A stretch of 64,000 nt of DNA, taken from positions 42,871 through 106,870 of IMG/VR virus record IMGVR_UViG_3300021403_000004; one strand, given 5' to 3'. The notes below the pieces were generated by a model, which had not been told where the DNA came from, did not search any database, and saw only the letters and a program-made list of their open reading frames with translations. Shown here in pieces: positions 62,636 to 64,000 of the stretch. The DNA is from a virus (taxonomy: Duplodnaviria; Caudoviricetes). The position numbers and the translations under genes were made by a program. Positions within the stretch are counted from its first letter, which is position 1, and each line of letters begins with the position of its first letter.

Positions 62636-62916
62636 TGACCAAGCCAGGGCCAGCCGGAATTACGGTCATCCGCACGCCGCTTTTCAGCACGGCAAGCCTC
62701 CGGGCGGAGATTCACGCCATGAGCGAAGCCGACATGATCAGCATGCTCATGCTCATCGGCATGCGGTACCCGGACGCGTACGCCGATGCGCGCGCCACGG
62801 TGCAGGACATGAACGACACCCGCGCGCCGGACCAGGAACCGGAATGCGTGAACTGTGACACCATCCCGGTTTTCCAGAACCGGCTGTGCCGGCGATGCTG
62901 GCAAGCCGGCGTCTGA
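62632..62916 (+). CDS. Zinc-finger hypothetical protein
   Basis: CVNC...LCRRCW. Confidence 0.55.
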   Translation: MMTKPGPAGITVIRTPLFSTASLRAEIHAMSEADMISMLMLIGMRYPDAYADARATVQDMNDTRAPDQEPECVNCDTIPVFQNRLCRRCWQAGV

Positions 62917-62999
62917 TTACTGGTCATCGCGCGCCGAATGCGACGGCGCACGGTGGCAGGCAATCAGCCTGGCACGGACAACGAGAAAGGCGGTCAGCA

Positions 63000-63380
63000 G
63001 TGCTGTATGCACGGTACGTGGCCTATGACCCAAGCGGAAACCAGCTGTACGGAGTCAAGGAACTGACAGAACCGGAAATCCGGCAGCTCACGGACATGGG
63101 ATTCACGTTCCATCCCTACCGGGAGCAGGAGTGGTCGCCACTGCTCACGCTCACGGAGCTAATGGGCATGACGCATGCGCAGCGTGAATTTCTCTCCGTC
63201 CATTCCGGCGGAAACCCGGTCACGCGCAAGCTCACGGCAGCAGCAATCCTCGCCAAGTGGACGTGCCCTGACGACATCATGGACGCGAACGGGTTCCCGC
63301 GCCATGTGCCCACTGCAACCGTGAACCTCACCCCCGCATGCGGGCACGCAACAGGCCAGCACGCAGACCGCTGTTTCTGA
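63000..63380 (+). CDS. Hypothetical protein
   Basis: GAAAGG RBS, GTG start; followed by a hairpin. Confidence 0.55.
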   Translation: MLYARYVAYDPSGNQLYGVKELTEPEIRQLTDMGFTFHPYREQEWSPLLTLTELMGMTHAQREFLSVHSGGNPVTRKLTAAAILAKWTCPDDIMDANGFPRHVPTATVNLTPACGHATGQHADRCF

Positions 63381-63513
63381 CTATCCATGGCCGTGCACGG
63401 GAAGCACTCCCGTGCACGGCCATGGGTATTCAGCCCTAACATGTCCGGCCGGCTAACGCGAGAGCGCGGTAGCCGGCCGGCTGCCATTTTCCCGCAAAGG
63501 AAAGGAACCCAGA

Positions 63514-63666
63514 ATGCCTTACATCCTGGTGCACACCCGCATTCGTTACGCTAACGATGTCGTCACGTTCTCCGCAAACAGTGACAAAGAGGCCGAGAAA
63601 ACCGGCATGGGCCTCGTGCCCACGGGCGCAAGCATGATGTACATCGCGCGCGTGGTCACGAACTAA
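63514..63666 (+). CDS. Small hypothetical protein
   Basis: AAAGGA RBS; MPYILVHTRIRYANDVVTF... Confidence 0.5.
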   Translation: MPYILVHTRIRYANDVVTFSANSDKEAEKTGMGLVPTGASMMYIARVVTN

Positions 63667-63668
63667 CC

Positions 63669-63881
63669 ATGGCACGGCAAACCATGAGGTACGCCCGGCC
63701 CAAGCGCCAGGGCTACTACAAGAGCCACACCGTCGCGCCACCTCCTGCGCCCCGCGTGCCGGACATGGCCCCGGGGACCCAGAATTCCGCGCCGTCACGC
63801 AAGACGCCGGCGCAACTAGCGGCCCGTGCCGCAGCACGGCAGGAACGGATGGCTGCCCGCAAGGCAGCACGCAAGCAGTAA
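63669..63881 (+). CDS. Small basic hypothetical protein
   Basis: 70 aa, directly after upstream stop. Confidence 0.5.
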   Translation: MARQTMRYARPKRQGYYKSHTVAPPPAPRVPDMAPGTQNSAPSRKTPAQLAARAAARQERMAARKAARKQ

Positions 63882-64000
63882 CCAGCACGACAGGCACCGA
63901 TGGATTCCCGGGCAGTCAACGGGGGGGGGGGGGGGGGGGGGGGCGGGACTCCCGCCCCGGGCCGCCGGGGCGGACCACGAGGAAAAAAAGCACAGAAACC

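Noticed and set aside
63920-63945. Poly-G run as a G-quadruplex or regulatory element
   Set aside because: Near the window end; a long G homopolymer is a common sequencing artefact and cannot be verified

Overview
Fragment of a high-GC actinobacterial tailed-phage genome, mostly encoded on the - strand. From left to right: a papain-like peptidase and terminator; accessory genes; head-tail adaptor and very large Ala/Gly/Thr-repeat virion proteins (DUF4082- and DUF4038-like); a ~10 kb glycosylation cluster (six glycosyltransferase-like genes, NDP-sugar epimerase, cupin, three methyltransferases); HK97-type major capsid, prohead protease, intein-containing portal and intein-containing large terminase; a ~5.2 kb RNA operon; accessory genes; a GTYRAC/ACGTCAC-rich non-coding region; and a + strand early-like gene block. 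The RNA operon holds 38 tRNAs covering all 20 amino acids but no Leu(UAA). It also holds several non-tRNA structured RNAs: a mimic of the 23S rRNA L11-binding domain, a double-T-loop RNA and two Y-RNA-like permuted tRNA domains, plus an rrn-type boxB/boxA; one of the 38 tRNAs, Ile(GAU), is topologically rewired. A glycosyltransferase gene is broken by an 8-nt Gly-UUA-NN-Gly insert that looks like a translational bypass element. Six free-standing homing endonucleases and dispersed CAGCCA-rich intergenic tracts are also present. No integrase, DNA polymerase, tail tube or tape-measure gene was recognised. All calls were made by eye; no database searches or folding programs were run.
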